Assembly (NCBI GenBank): GCA_963514005.1
Contig: OY740810.1
Location: forward strand, 10,850,001 to 10,914,000
Direction: 5' to 3'
DNA from: Raja brachyura
Lineage: Eukaryota
Length of the DNA: 64,000 nt
Shown: positions 12,949 to 26,673 of the stretch, piece after piece
Layout: every line of letters starts with the position of its first letter
Numbering within the stretch: the stretch's first letter is position 1
Translations under genes and position numbers: made by a program
The notes under the pieces: generated by a model
Seen by the model: the letters and a program-made list of their open reading frames with translations, nothing else
Told to the model about the DNA's origin: nothing
Database searches by the model: none

Positions 12949-14493
12949 AATAAGTGAGTTCTGTATTCCGACTGCGCATGCCCAAGTCATAGGTCCCTCG
13001 CTATAAACATTCTCGGCAACTGTGGTGTGCAGGCCTGTGTTTCGTCCGTGGTCGGGTCTCTAGCGCTGCGAGTGCTGTTGAGTTGCTGCTGGGCCGTCCC
13101 CTCCCGGGTGTCCCGTCCCTGTCCGAGGGCAGCCCCAGACTTGCGGGGGGTGGGGGGGGTGCTGGCTCTGCTCTGGCTCCAGGGGAGCCGTTCCCCGACG
13201 GGCTGGTGACCTTGGCTGCACTTCTCGCCTTTCCCAGTGGCTGTTGAGAACTTGCATTCCCTCAATGGGAAAGTTGCCACCGCCCCTTGCCTCCAGTCTT
13301 TCACACTAAAGTACAACAGCCCCCCACAAAACCAGAGGGGAGGATGACACCCTATGGGAGACGGCACCCAGTCACAGCTTGGGAGAGGCAACAGGGAGGT
13401 CTTCTCCACCTCCACCCCCCTCCCCTCAGCCCGACACCGAGATCCTGCTGAAGATGGGCAGCTGCCAGCCCTGTTCGAAGACAGGCGACTCGGAGCTGCT
13501 GCTGGAGTCCTCCTGGTCGGAGAGAGAGGCTGCGGACGGGCTCCTGCCGGCCATTGGCAGGCCGGACGCCCACTGTTGGTGCTGGCGGCAGCAGCAACCT
13601 CCTCTAACTCCCTTGCCCAGCCTCAAGCCCAAAGTCCGGTCCAACTCCAGGTCAGGGCTGAAGGCCACCCGCAGTGCGGCCCAGTCGAGCGCCGGGCCGG
13701 AGGAGGCTGGGCCCAGGCCGGGGCCCTCGCTCCCCCTCAGGGTTGTGGATGAAGTGGCAGCTGGTGCCATAGGGGCAGAAGCCGGTGGTGTGGAAGGTGC
13801 GGCATGGTTCTGTCGTACTTGGGGCGGAGGCTGAGGGAGCGCAGCTTGGCCAGGTCATGGGCGAACTGGGACTTGTCGTTGTAGCGGCCCATCGGGGAGT
13901 GGCGTCCTCTGGAATTGGAATGGGGTTGGGCTGGAGTTGACGCTTCTTCTCTATGCTGGCTGTGGGCCTGAGACTGCTGGTGTCATTGGGCGACTGCTGG
14001 TGCCAGGGCTGTAGGGAGAGGCGGAGATGAGCTGGCGTTGGCGCTTCTTCTCCGCGCTGCCTGGGGGCCGGGGACCCGGGTTTGATCCTGGCTGCGGATG
14101 AGGCGCGGGGCTGTGTGCGAATGTCTCTCCGCCGGTCCAGTCTCCCCCTCCCCCCCTCCCCCCCCCCCCCCCGGTTTCCCATTCGCATCTGCCCCCTCTA
14201 TCGCGCTATTACGCCCCGCTCTCCCGCCTGGCACCCCCTCTTCCTCAGATTAAATATATTTTTACACATAAATCATGAATAAAGATAAGAATTTATTCAC
14301 GGTTTATACAGTCAGCGTTTCGTTCGTAATTTGAGTCAGCCTTGACAAATATAAGCTAGAAATAAGACGACAAATCAGACCCAAACTACACTCACTGTAT
14401 CGACAGCACTTTGTTTGATTTTTCTTTATAGCGTTTGACCTTTGACAAATCCCATGATTCCTTGGGTTTTTTGGAAAACCAAACTCGCTTATT
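12949..14493. mobile_element. Element B: same family as element A, inverted, carrying ZFP36-family cargo
   Basis: Begins AATAAGTGAGTT (12949) and ends AACTCGCTTATT (14493); 12949-13050 matches the A right end; 14243-14291 and ~14400-14493 match the A left end (reverse complement). Confidence 0.8.
13426..13886 (-). pseudogene. ZFP36/TIS11-family (ZFP36L1/L2-like) gene fragment, frameshifted
   Basis: Minus strand: [24 protein letters not shown] /frameshift/ [24 protein letters not shown] (tandem CCCH finger) and, in another frame, SLSDQED...ESPVFEQGWQLPIFSRISVSG* (C-terminal NOT1-binding motif). Confidence 0.88.
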
Positions 14494-14565
14494 AATTGCA
14501 AAGCAAGTTGTTTCACTCCTTAATGATCTTGCATTTGTCATATTGTTGTATTTTTGTCTTTGTAG

Positions 14566-14609
14566 GACAAACATCATGACGCTGCTCATGAAATTATCGA
14601 AACCATCCG
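14566..14609 (+). CDS. DOT1L: DOT1L exon 2
   Basis: ag|DKHHDAAHEIIETIR|gt, 44 bp. Confidence 0.96.
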
Positions 14610-14869
14610 GTAAGAATTGAAGTGGTTTTATTATTTTTTTTGTATTCTCTATTCCAGTTATCTCGTGTAATTTAGATGTATATATTAATTAGGATTTGTT
14701 CTAAAATGTAATAAAGCTGAAAAAATCAGGTTAAATGGAGCAAGCACGTTTAAAATAATACTTTCAGCCACCCCAGGCATAGACCGCCATGATGCATATC
14801 TTTGTTCAATACCCTGGTCAATTGAATTAATTAATTAATTACTGGGATTGCATGGGGGAAAAACCTGCA

Positions 14870-15002
14870 TGGCCGTGGGATGAGTGGCCAGAGCATGCGG
14901 AGGATACATGGGGAGAACATGCAAACTCCACACGGACAGCACCTGTCAGGATTGAACCCAGGCCTCTGGCGCTGTGAGGCAGCAGCTGTACCATTCTGAC
15001 GC
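14870..15002 (-). mobile_element. V-SINE fragment
   Basis: gggagaacatgcaaactccacacggacagcacc...ggattgaaccc is the reverse complement of the SINE head and V-domain. Confidence 0.7.
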
Positions 15003-15024
15003 CCACTTAGACGCTGAGTTATAA

Positions 15025-15126
<102 letters not shown>

Positions 15127-16277
15127 TAAGGATGTCTTCTGATAATTTTGAATTTAATTAACAATGAAATTAACATTTGAATGTGAATCATGCTGATGCT
15201 GAAGAGATTTTATGAGTACAGGCAGTTCTCCTATATCGTGTGTTTCCATAATGTTAATGGGATAAAATGCGATGGATGAATTGGGGAACACTATTTATAT
15301 ATGCAGGCCGAATTGTTTATGAAAATATTTCAAACGATAACTAGAAAACCACTTGAGTTACTTTGGAGGATAGAAAGTGTTGGAGAAAATGGATAGGTGG
15401 TGGTTTGGTGTCTTCAGACTGCAGACTCTTCTGCAGTCTGAAGCAGGGTCCTATTCACTTTCTTCACAGATGCTGCCTGACCCGGCTGAGTTTTTTTTTG
15501 TAAATCAGCATCTGTGGTTCTTTGTGTCTTAAGTTACTTTGGAAATTGTTGAGCAGAAAAAACACTGTCTTGGTTTTTAAAAAACCTGTCACGGTGAAGA
15601 AGAACTGTTTCCATGGAGGCTACCAGCTAGTTTCACAGCGTGTGGTCAGTGAAATTACCAAGCAATTACTTTGATTGATACTGGTGCAATTATACTATGT
15701 TAAACAATGTAACCTGCAACTTTCAATAATTTTAGCTTGCAGTAACCAAAATTAACTTCCAATATTAAAAAAAACTGTTTTTGAAAATTCTGCAGGAAAA
15801 AAATGTCAAGCACTTTCTAGTCCCTAACCACCACCGCCATATTTGACGCAATTGTTTTCAAAGGAATTTTCTATAATGTGAGATTTCTTATAATACAGCA
15901 ATAATGTTGTAACAGACCCACCTATAGTGGAAATTAAGGCAGTTGAACAAATTCCATATATCCATCCTAGAATATTAAAAACAAAACAGAAAAAAACTGA
16001 AATGCTAACTCGATTTCCCTTTGCACAGATGTGGCCTGACCACCTGAATATTTCCAGCAATTTTTTCTTAGATTTTCTCAAAACTTCATTGTTCATTCTA
16101 AGGGATAAAAACTACGAGCCACTTATTGGAATAGGGAGACCTGAGATTCTAAAAATAGTGCATTCTTAAATACTCTTTGTGTAGTGATTAGCAAGGTTTG
16201 TGTAAGGGTTCTTTAATAGGACATTTACTTGAAAGCTCCCAGTATGAAAATTACTATTTATTAAACAATAACGATGA

Positions 16278-16980
16278 TGGGGTGGGGGGGGGGGGGTGTG
16301 GAGATTGGACCGGCACTCATCCGCAGAACTGCGCCTCATTTGTAGCCAGGATCAATCCCCGTGTCCCTGCAGCCACAAGAGCTGCCGAACCGCCACTGGA
16401 CCATCCCCGGTTCTTCCCCCCACTCGAGTGTCCCATCCTCCCCCGGGGGGGGGGGGGGGGCGACCGGAGATGTCTGGACCAATGGGACACCGCCCCCAGG
16501 CCCACCGCCAGCATGAACCCACAGCCAGCGCCAACTCTAGCCCAACCCCCAACCCCGCTCCAACTACAGAGGGACTCGCTCCCCGATGGGCCGCTACGGC
16601 GACAAGTGCCAGTTCGCCCACGGCCTAGTCGAGCTGTGTTCTGCCCCTATGGTAACCCCTGCCAGTTCATCCAGCCGGCGGCTGCCCATCTTCAGCAGGA
16701 TCTCAGTGGGAGAGTGAGGGGAGGTAGGTGGAGGGCTGCCGGCCAACCCGGCAGAGCCGAGCAGGAGCCAGCGGCTGCAAGTCCGGGGCCGCTCCATCGC
16801 CCCGGACACCTCTGGATGGGACACTGGGGAGGGGACGGAGACGTCCCAGCAGCAAGAAGAGCACCCCGACCCTGGACTAAACGTATGCCTGCACATAATG
16901 CAGCACCACCGTTGCCGAGACTTTGTAGCTAGTGACCTATGACCCGGGCATGCACAGTCAGAATAGCGGACTCGCTTATT
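16278..16980. mobile_element. Element C: internally deleted relative of element B; left end not clearly preserved
   Basis: Ends gacctatgacccgggcatgcacagtcagaatagcggactcgcttatt (16980), homologous to the A right end; 16278-16400 aligns with the reverse complement of B ~14050-14175. Confidence 0.75.
16592..16717 (+). pseudogene. Deleted ZFP36/TIS11-family fragment
   Basis: Three out-of-frame pieces: RYGDKCQFAHGLVEL / FCPYGNPCQFI / SRRLPIFSRISVGE*. Confidence 0.85.
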
Positions 16981-17617
16981 GCCCCAGGCGCTCTTTTTAA
17001 ACCTCCCGAACTTTACTCACCTAGGAGAAAACCTTCCTTCAGCCAATCCACTCAGTCGCTGGTCTGGCTGCTGCTCCACCGCAACCTGGTGCTCTGGTTT
17101 CCTTCCTCATTCCATTGAAGAGCCCATTTGTGGGTTCATTGACTTCTGTAATTTGTCCCTAGTGTATTAAATAAAACTTGTGTGTTGGTCGGCGTGGACT
17201 CGGTGGGCCAAAGGACCCGTTTCCATAGCTGTTTCTATAAAGCTAGGAAAGCCACTTGAATCCATTTGGATTTCTTTAGAAGTGCATGAATATTTTACTT
17301 ATAGGCTTTGATAATTTACTTACAGACTTTGATAATACAAATTTCACTAACTAGAGCCATTTAAAAATATCTGAAAATGACTGGGATCTGACAAATACTT
17401 ATTTTCATCATAGTTTGATTTTTGACTTATGTTGACTCTTATTCAGAGTATTCAAGGTACATGTTTTTATGTATAGTGAAACTTGAGGTCGAAGATTGCA
17501 TGTCAAAGTTTAGTCATTTGTAAATACTCTCTTATATAACCAAGATGATGAATCATTTTACATATTTACTCAATGTTCACTTTGGTTTCTCAATTATTTA
17601 CACTCCTACTCTTCTAG

Positions 17618-17681
17618 TTTTGAGAGTATGCAAAAGTTATGTGAGAAGTACAACCGGGCCATGGATAGCATTCAGCAGTTG
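17618..17681 (+). CDS. DOT1L: DOT1L exon 4
   Basis: ag|FESMQKLCEKYNRAMDSIQQL|gt, 64 bp. Confidence 0.96.
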
Positions 17682-18454
17682 GTGAGTAATTTTAATTATT
17701 TACTGTATTTAAACAAAAGTTGCCATTTATTTTAAAATTTAAGCTGTCCAACATTCAGCCCAAAACCCATTTTCGATTTTATTGGTTTCATTGCCTCGAC
17801 CAATTTTTTGTTTCCTCGCTTTTTTAGATAATTTTCCATTCTTACAATGTGCATGTATCTCAACTTTAGCGAGATCTAGGTTCCAGATGAGTACACAAAC
17901 TAGTCTGAGATACACTGTGTCTGAGATTACACTGTATCATGGGCCAAATTGGGGTTTTGAGTTGGTTTTGATTATATTTGGAGGCATGGTCTAACATCCC
18001 CTTCCTATAATTAGTAGTAGTTTAATTTGAAAAGTGGTGAGAAGGAAAGTTGACATTGGGTGTTGAAGGAAACTATTGACAAGTACTGAAACGCAAAAGT
18101 TTGAGAGGGAACATGTTTGACTATCTTAAGCTGACATCTGCTCCTAAATGGATGCATTTAGTAAGGATCTCCTCTTCGGTGTGTTATCAAATGGAGGAAC
18201 TGAAGAGATACGTGATTCATTCTTTCCCTGGACTCGGCAGCAGCACAATGGTTTCTTGTAGTCTATTTTGTATTTTGACATCTTTAAAGAAGCGTTGTCT
18301 TGCTGTTTTCGAATTTGGAACTTATTGGAAGGGGTGAGATTGCTCTGCATCTCTGACTGAAACCCATTGAAAGTTTAGAAAAAAATAGTGGTAATGGTTG
18401 CATTAGTTTCTTGCCTTTGCATTAATGCTTTAGAAATGAACTCTGCTCCATTCA

Positions 18455-18607
18455 AATGGGGAGACTATGTATAAACACAGCTGTAATTTCTACATTGTGA
18501 AACCAAAATGTATAAAAATGTGATTTTCTTTCTATTACAAATCTCAAATTGTGGAGACAAATAAATAAATGGTGGGTCTTTGTCCCTAACATTATGGAGG
18601 GCACTGT
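18455..18607. mobile_element. Solo Tc1 terminal-repeat fragment
   Basis: Matches 8425-8625 (...gggtctttgtccctaacattatggagggcactg). Confidence 0.8.
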
Positions 18608-18858
18608 CTATCATAAATTTATCCAATAGTGATCCTGGGAAGTGATTGTACTGTTGTCACACGACTTTGTAAATACAAGTAGTTGTGGTTCAGAGAGGTA
18701 ACTTGGGGATTAGTTGAATTGTCAGTTTAGGATATAATTTGAGAGGATCATATATGGCTTTCTGTTTTCCTTTTAAATGCTATTTTGTGGTGAGCAGAAG
18801 TTTAATTGAAGTTCCAACTTATTGCATATTGTACAACCTTGCTCTACGCTTAGACTAG

Positions 18859-19206
<348 letters not shown>

Positions 19207-19317
19207 TAATGCATCATTTACCCAAGTTAACAAGAGTAATTTATATTGGGGGGGAAATAATAATTCTGGCTTATTTGCTGATTGCATCACATTGATTTTT
19301 GTGTACATTTTTATTAA

Positions 19318-19488
<171 letters not shown>

Positions 19489-19999
19489 TGAAAGCACTTT
19501 GATATGAAAAGAATGTTAAACATTTGGAACTCTTACAAAATTGCATTCAATGTTGGTTCACGTGTTAGTTTTAAATCTGAGAGTGATGAGATTTTTGTTG
19601 ACCATAGATTTTGTGGCATTTGGGGGGGGGGAAAGGTTGGCGTGTGTGTGTAATTTATATGTGTATGTGTGTGCGTATATATATTTATATGTGTATATAT
19701 ATATGTATATACACACACGCGTTCTTCACAGTCGCTGAGTGACAATCCCTCCTTAACAGCATGGTCTGTCTACCCATGCATCAAGGGCTGCAACAGTTTG
19801 AGAAGTCACCTCATCATTGCCACCTTTTCAAGGGCAATTAAATTTCTTGCTCTGCCTGTAAAGTCCACATCCCCTGAATGAACAATAATTACAATTTCTC
19901 TGATCTGGCGTGATATCTTTGAAGCAGGCTTGAGTTAATTGATCAACCACTGTGTGTATAATCCAAATATTCATGGTATTGTTTCTCATTCTTACAAAG

Positions 20000-20062
20000 G
20001 CAATGGATACAGAGTTCAGGAAATGGATGCGATGGTACGGGAAGAAATATGGGGAGTACACT
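20000..20062 (+). CDS. DOT1L: DOT1L exon 7
   Basis: AMDTEFRKWMRWYGKKYGEYT, 63 bp. Confidence 0.96.
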
Positions 20063-20439
20063 GTAAGTGTGTTTTATGCTAAGCTTCAGCCCCTAGCTAC
20101 AAAAATAATAGTTTAATTTAAGTGGTGAGCGTTTTCTTGCAGTTACAGTTTGCCACCTACTTGCTATAATTGATTAAAGGCACTTGCTAACCAACATTAC
20201 TAGTGTTGCATAGGTTACGTTTTAAATTTCTTGATCTGCAAGATTCTTCCTGCCCCATCTTAAATGAAATCGCCATTTGAATCCATCTTCTAACATGTTC
20301 TGTTACACTTAGTTGGACCTCTTGTCTGCATGTGTCCCATCGCTTCGTCACTGGCACAGCTATGAAACAAAGGAATGATGGTGATCATTTAAATCGGTTC
20401 CAAAATTTCCAAATCCATTGCCTTTTCCGCTTAATGATT

Positions 20440-20750
20440 GTTTGAAAGACCGAGATAGAGTGGATGTGGAGAGGATGATTTCAATGGTTGGAGAGGGCAC
20501 AGTCTCAGAATGAAAGGATGCACCTTTGGAATAGAGATGAGGAGGAATTTCTTTAGCCAGAAGGTGGTGAATCTGTGTAATCCATTGCCATCGTTGGCTG
20601 TGGAGGCCTTTAGTAGTCAGGGTGCCAAAGGTTATGCACAGAAGGCAGGAGAATAGGGTTGAAAGGGAAAAATAGATCAGCCATGATCGAATGACTGAGG
20701 ATTCTCGATGGGCCCTATGGCCTAATTCTGTTCCTATTAACGTCTTATGG
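20440..20750 (+). mobile_element. CR1/HER1-like LINE 3' end
   Basis: gagatgaggaggaatttctttagccagaaggtggtgaatctgtg...gatcagccatgatcgaatg tail. Confidence 0.75.
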
Positions 20751-21767
20751 TTTTTAGCAAAGCCTGGTTTACCTCTATATCGTGCTACGATGCCTTTCAA
20801 TTATACTTTAAAGGAGAACTTGCATGACGATATTACTGGCTTTTTAACTAGATTGTTTGGAGGTGCAATTATGTATGCAAAAGCAGACAATTGTGCACAA
20901 TAAGAAACTAATGAAAGCATGGATTTTTTTTCCTGGAATCTGTTGAAACCGGAATGCTGGAAAGTTATCGAGAGAGCACCATAACTCTTTAGTTTACATC
21001 CATCTAAATGAATAACAAGGGGGCTTTGTGCAATGTATCCTAGAAGATGTCATTTGCCTACATTACCACACCCTCCTTAATGCTGTACTGAAACCACCAG
21101 TATATCTAATGTAGCTTGCATTGCAGTTTTAGTTCCAGAACCTTTTGACTTGCTAACTGTAAGTTTTGATTTTGTGTAATCTTAGAGTTGCTTCAGTTGA
21201 GTTGGCTCTTTGTGTGTTTAATTTGCTTGCTAGATTTCAGTCTCTTCACCCCAGGTTAACATTCTGTATGCATTCTCTGGCATTGTACATGAGTATTCTT
21301 ATTTTGCTGAATATAATTTTACTTGCAAGTCTATCTAAATATAGATCCACAATCCTATCATCACTTGAAAGGCTGGATTATAATAGAGCAAGACTATTTG
21401 TGACTCATCAACCTTATTGTGATCATTGTTGTAAGTGAGTGATTTTATAATTATAGAATGTGGGAACTTTAAACTGGCCTCCCACAGTTGTTGAATAGGG
21501 CTCAGACGTATTGTGAAAAAGATAATCTGTACAAAACTCTATAAAAGATCTTAGTAATTGTCTGGTAATGTTGAGAATTCCAAGGTTGTAAAATTTGCAG
21601 GAAAAATATAGCGATGTTACTGAAAAGCCTGGACAGCGAACAATAAGTTCTGAATCGGTAATCGCTGAAGAATTGTTTAAAAGTGCATGCCTTGGCAAGC
21701 GTGTATTTTTCTCCAATATATAGGAACATTCTGTTTTGCTACTTGAGCTGCCTCTTGTTTCTTTCAG

Positions 21768-21823
21768 CTGGAAAGAGGTGATTTCCTTTCTGAAGAATGG
21801 AAAGAAAAAATTGCAAGTACAAG
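21768..21823 (+). CDS. DOT1L: DOT1L exon 8
   Basis: LERGDFLSEEWKEKIAST, 56 bp. Confidence 0.96.
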
Positions 21824-23504
21824 GTGACCAGTCCAACAGCAAAATATATTTCAATTTACAATTTAAGATTTATTGTTGCTGTTGAGGTTTGTGCATTGAT
21901 CTTTGCGAACAGGAACTATAACATTGAAGAAAAATAGTGCCATTTCAAACAGACTTTGCACCCAAGTTGCTGATTTGCATTCAAATATGTTCTACACCAT
22001 CTCCACAGATCATGGGCAACACTTCTTTGACAAAGACCATAAAAATGTGCTAGGAAATGAATAATAGTTATTGTAATGGTAATCCAGAAACTGGAGGGTT
22101 CTAAGAGTGATTTCAAATCTGTAACCATCTGAGAATTTGAAGTAGTGCTTTATTTAAATTCTGGAAGTAAAAAGTCTCCATAGTTGAAAACCACCTTGAA
22201 ACTTTCAGATCGTTGCTATTGGTTCACTGATGTATTTTAGAATAGAAATTGGGCCATCGTCAACCATTCTCACTGACGGATGATGCCTGTTAGACATCAG
22301 TGTGGTTGACAGCCCATTGAAGCACGATAGCAGAATGCATGGTTGCACGTAAATGTTTTCAATGATTCAAGGAGATCTTCCACTGTGCATGCAGTGCATG
22401 TGTGGATGAACAACTAGTGGCCTCCATTTGGGAGTGAACACAAATATGGTCTGTCTGCAAGACCACGAGGCGTCTGTTAATTGAAACTTGTTTTCCAATA
22501 TTTCCTTATTGAATATTTCCTTATTCATATTTGGGTATTTTCCTTGATTAATCCTTGAACCAGGACTAATACTGCATCTTTTCTGGCTGGTAATGCTAAT
22601 GACTAACCTTGATTGTGCTCACAAGCACAGTTGTTGGTATGATCTCATTGTTTCTATAATCTGGAATGAACTATCCTTCAGTTTGTTAATAACAAGACCT
22701 AAACATGTTCCTGATTCATGTCACATGTGCTATTATGCTTTATGATAATCATCTCAGCTATGCATTAGTAGTCTTTTGTATAATAATCAATGTATTGTCA
22801 AAAAATGCCCTGCAACCAGTTCTCATTTTTAAAAGTGGCATTTAATCATGGCAACTATATTAACTTGTGTTTTTAATGAACACATGCACAAATGTATATG
22901 ACAATGTTTACAAGATGGCAAAGAAACTATTAATTTGAATGCCAAGGTTGCTGAGAAGTATGTTAAGAGACTGCTAATTGGATTGCTTAGTTGCAGCATT
23001 ATGTATGTTCATTTAAAATAGACTTCTCACGCTAGGTAGCTTGCCCAGACTTGATTTGAAGGTTCTTTTTCTCTTTGAATCCCATTTTCTTCACTCTAGT
23101 AAAACATCCCCAGGTACTAATCATGTTTTTATATCTGACAAATGCTTCGTTTTCACCTTCAAGTAATTTGTTCAGTATTTGAAAATTGGCATTAGGATTG
23201 TATGTAGTCCCAAAGTTTTTCGACAGATTTTACTTTTTTTTGAATCCCTCTCAGTTTCCTCCTAAAATGGTCGTAGTTTAATTTGAATTAGAATTTGCTA
23301 TCTTCAAATCTGCTTTCCCATCGGAATTGAGGGTTTTGCTCTGCAGTAGCTGCAGGGTTTTTTTTAAGTTTTATTTCATTTTTAGTCTTGAATCAAGTCC
23401 TTTTTGGGCTTAAAAGAAAATTAACTTTCATAAAGTCACTGCTGAAAAAAATGTACATGTTATGAAATACATTAGAACATTTTGAGCTACTCTGCCATTT
23501 GGCA

Positions 23505-23795
23505 ATTGACATGAAAAGAGTTGAGGACTTAATATTTCAAAGCTTGAGAAAGATTTAAGGGACCTGAGGGACAATTTCTATACTCGGACGGTGGTGGGTA
23601 TAGTGACCAAGCTGCCAGGGGAAGGTGCATAAGTGGGAACAGTGCAGCGCATAAAAGACGTTTAGACACATAGATGGATAGAAAAGGTTTAGAGGTATCT
23701 GGGCCAACGTAGACAAATGAGACGAGCACATTTATAAAACCTGGTCAGCGCAGACAAGTATGGCCAAAAGGATTGTTTCCATGCCATATGACTCC
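23505..23795 (+). mobile_element. CR1-like LINE 3' end
   Basis: agatttaagggacctgaggggacaattt...aaaagacgtttagacacatagatggatag-type tail. Confidence 0.65.
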
Positions 23796-24074
23796 AGCTG
23801 CTTAAGTGTTTCAAATTATTTGCATTGTCTATTATTGTATTGTTATTTCATTAGTTTATACTTTGGTAACAACTGTTTGCATTTTTCTCTTAATTCATTG
23901 ACATTTTCGCATCTATAGTTGTCGACTGATCCTTGACACCATGTTAAATAATGCAGATGTTTTCAATTATTAATATTTTGAGTTCTTGTATGCTTTGGTA
24001 CAATGTAAAATTTAACACAATGAATTAATGTAATTATATGTGTACTGCTTTAAGTTACAATTTTGAATGGTTGA

Positions 24075-24356
<282 letters not shown>

Positions 24357-25119
24357 TGATAATACTTTAAGTGGACATGGAGTTTTCAATTTGAAATTGA
24401 TGATCTGAAAATAGCTAAACCTCTTTCTTGTAGCAAATAGTTAAAGTCTGGGTAGGGTAGCACCAGATTGTTGAAACTGAAAGTGCCCGGATGTATTCTG
24501 TGCTGCTTTGATTCAATGAAATTATTCAACAGGAGTGTACATTGTACTCCATTCTATTTTAATGGTAAAATGTGACTTGGGTTTCTTAAATTGGTGTTAG
24601 ATGTGCATTAAGTGAAGTCTAACTGTTAGGTTGTCAAGAGTGAACTAAGATTGTAAACAGGGTAATCAACTTAAATCATTTTTCTGTAAATTTATTTTCA
24701 CATACTTCCCCTAACTTGTTCAATAGTTTTCTGTGAATATGGGCACTTGGTTGGGTGTGTTATGCAATCCATGGTAAATTTATCTTTCAAATCATTTGTA
24801 TTTATACTTGCACTTCCATCACATTGGTCTATGCACATCTCCTCAGCCCAAACTAGATCTACTTGGTCTGGTCATCTCCTATTACTCCCATCTTCAATAG
24901 AGACAAATTAAATTGAACAGCTATGGTACATAACCTATATTTGTGTCGGGACACAGAACCCTATTCGATGGTTGTTTAAGGTCATGTATGTTTTGGCTGC
25001 AGGCTAGTATTGCAGTTTTTTAATTGATTAACCTAGGCATACACTTGTATTTAAATTTAGATCAATATTAATTGTATTAATTTGAAATGGCAAGCAATTA
25101 ATGGTGATAAGGAACATGA

Positions 25120-25257
<138 letters not shown>

Positions 25258-26215
25258 TAATATGGTTCCAACCCCATACCTGTCAATCTATTTTGTCAAC
25301 ATTTTACATAGATAGGAAATTAAATTGCATTTTATGACTAATTTCTTAAACTTAGTTAATTTTTTAAAAATTGAATTGGTTGAAATTCATTAGGAATGTC
25401 AATATTCATGTCTCTTTCAAAGTCCTTTGCTGGACTGGGAAAATCAATTAGTTTTGTCTCTGGTTATGATAATAGTATCATTTTATACTTAGGTGAAGTG
25501 AAACTTCTGTTTAATTGAAGTTGAGTAGTTTCTTAATTTTGTTATCTTACTGCTGTGCTTTGTGGCTCAACATCTTTGCCCAGTAGGAAGCATCAATTCT
25601 TTACTATTTACTTTCATTACTGAGTGGATGTTGCTTATCTTGCATGAACATTGCTGCAGTAAATAGAATAATTGGGAAGCAAGTTTCTCAAATATTTAAC
25701 TAGTACTTTAGTTAAGTAACTGGCAACATGCAAAATTATGACTTTTATAGAGGGAATATCCCTCGGTGCTTTAGAAAGCACAGATGTAGAGCACCAATTA
25801 TTTTCGGAGAATCGATGGTCAGAAAGAGACTTTTGAGGCTTAATGATATATGGGAATTTAAGACTGTTTTATGAAAGTTAGCCTAAAAATAGTCACGGTG
25901 TTTTGGTGAAATCCAAAATTGATGTTTTGAAACGAAGATGCATTTTGGGCATGTCCTGGAGTCTGGTTATTTTAATTACTGGAGGTGACAATTTTAAATC
26001 ATGTTCATTTTCATAATATCTTATTGGGGAAATCTTGGAGATAAATCCAATGCAGTTGAAATTTATTGCAATAGGCACGCAATTACACTCAGTAATCTAT
26101 GGAAGGACCACTCATTGCTATTTAGTTACTATACTTGAAATTTGGTTATTAAAAACACAAAATATTTCTGCAATATTTAACCTTTAATTCAACAAAAAAA
26201 ATGTTTTTAATGTGA

Positions 26216-26419
<204 letters not shown>

Positions 26420-26631
26420 TAATGGTTCTGTGTATTGCTTGGAATATTTTGGGTTTCTAGATGACTGCAGGAGGAACATTATTGATTTAAAGATGTCCTT
26501 AACTTTTTTCATAACCGACAATGATTTTTAGTACAAAGTTTCGTAGGAAGGCAAATTGGTAGCCAAATTGTGTATTGCCTTTTGAGTCGCATCGAGACGA
26601 TAACAAATTATAATTTTTGTTTTTATTTCAG

Positions 26632-26673
26632 CTTGAAAATTACTTTTCTAGTCTCAAAAATCCAAAACTCAGG
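26632..26673 (+). CDS. DOT1L: DOT1L exon 12
   Basis: LENYFSSLKNPKLR, 42 bp. Confidence 0.96.

Noticed and set aside
13426-14188. Functional nested ZFP36L gene
   Set aside because: First half of finger 1 is missing, a finger-1 Cys is lost, and frameshifts separate the domains.
12987-14282. GC-rich block as the DOT1L promoter CpG island containing exon 1
   Set aside because: No MGEKLELRLKSP-like exon found; the block lies between element ends and carries ZFP36 cargo. Exon 1 is probably upstream of the window.
12947-14495. TTAA target-site duplication (piggyBac/Kolobok) for element B
   Set aside because: TTAA overlaps both B ends, but the equivalent positions in A (agaa/ttga) and C (ttgc) do not conform.
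16110-16160. Left terminus of element C
   Set aside because: Only weak resemblance (aatagggagac..., ccacttatt) to the L end; not supportable.
16198-16932. 244-aa ORF as a real gene
   Set aside because: Non-ATG start, crosses the element boundary, and ZFP36 motifs fall in three different frames; a by-product of high GC.
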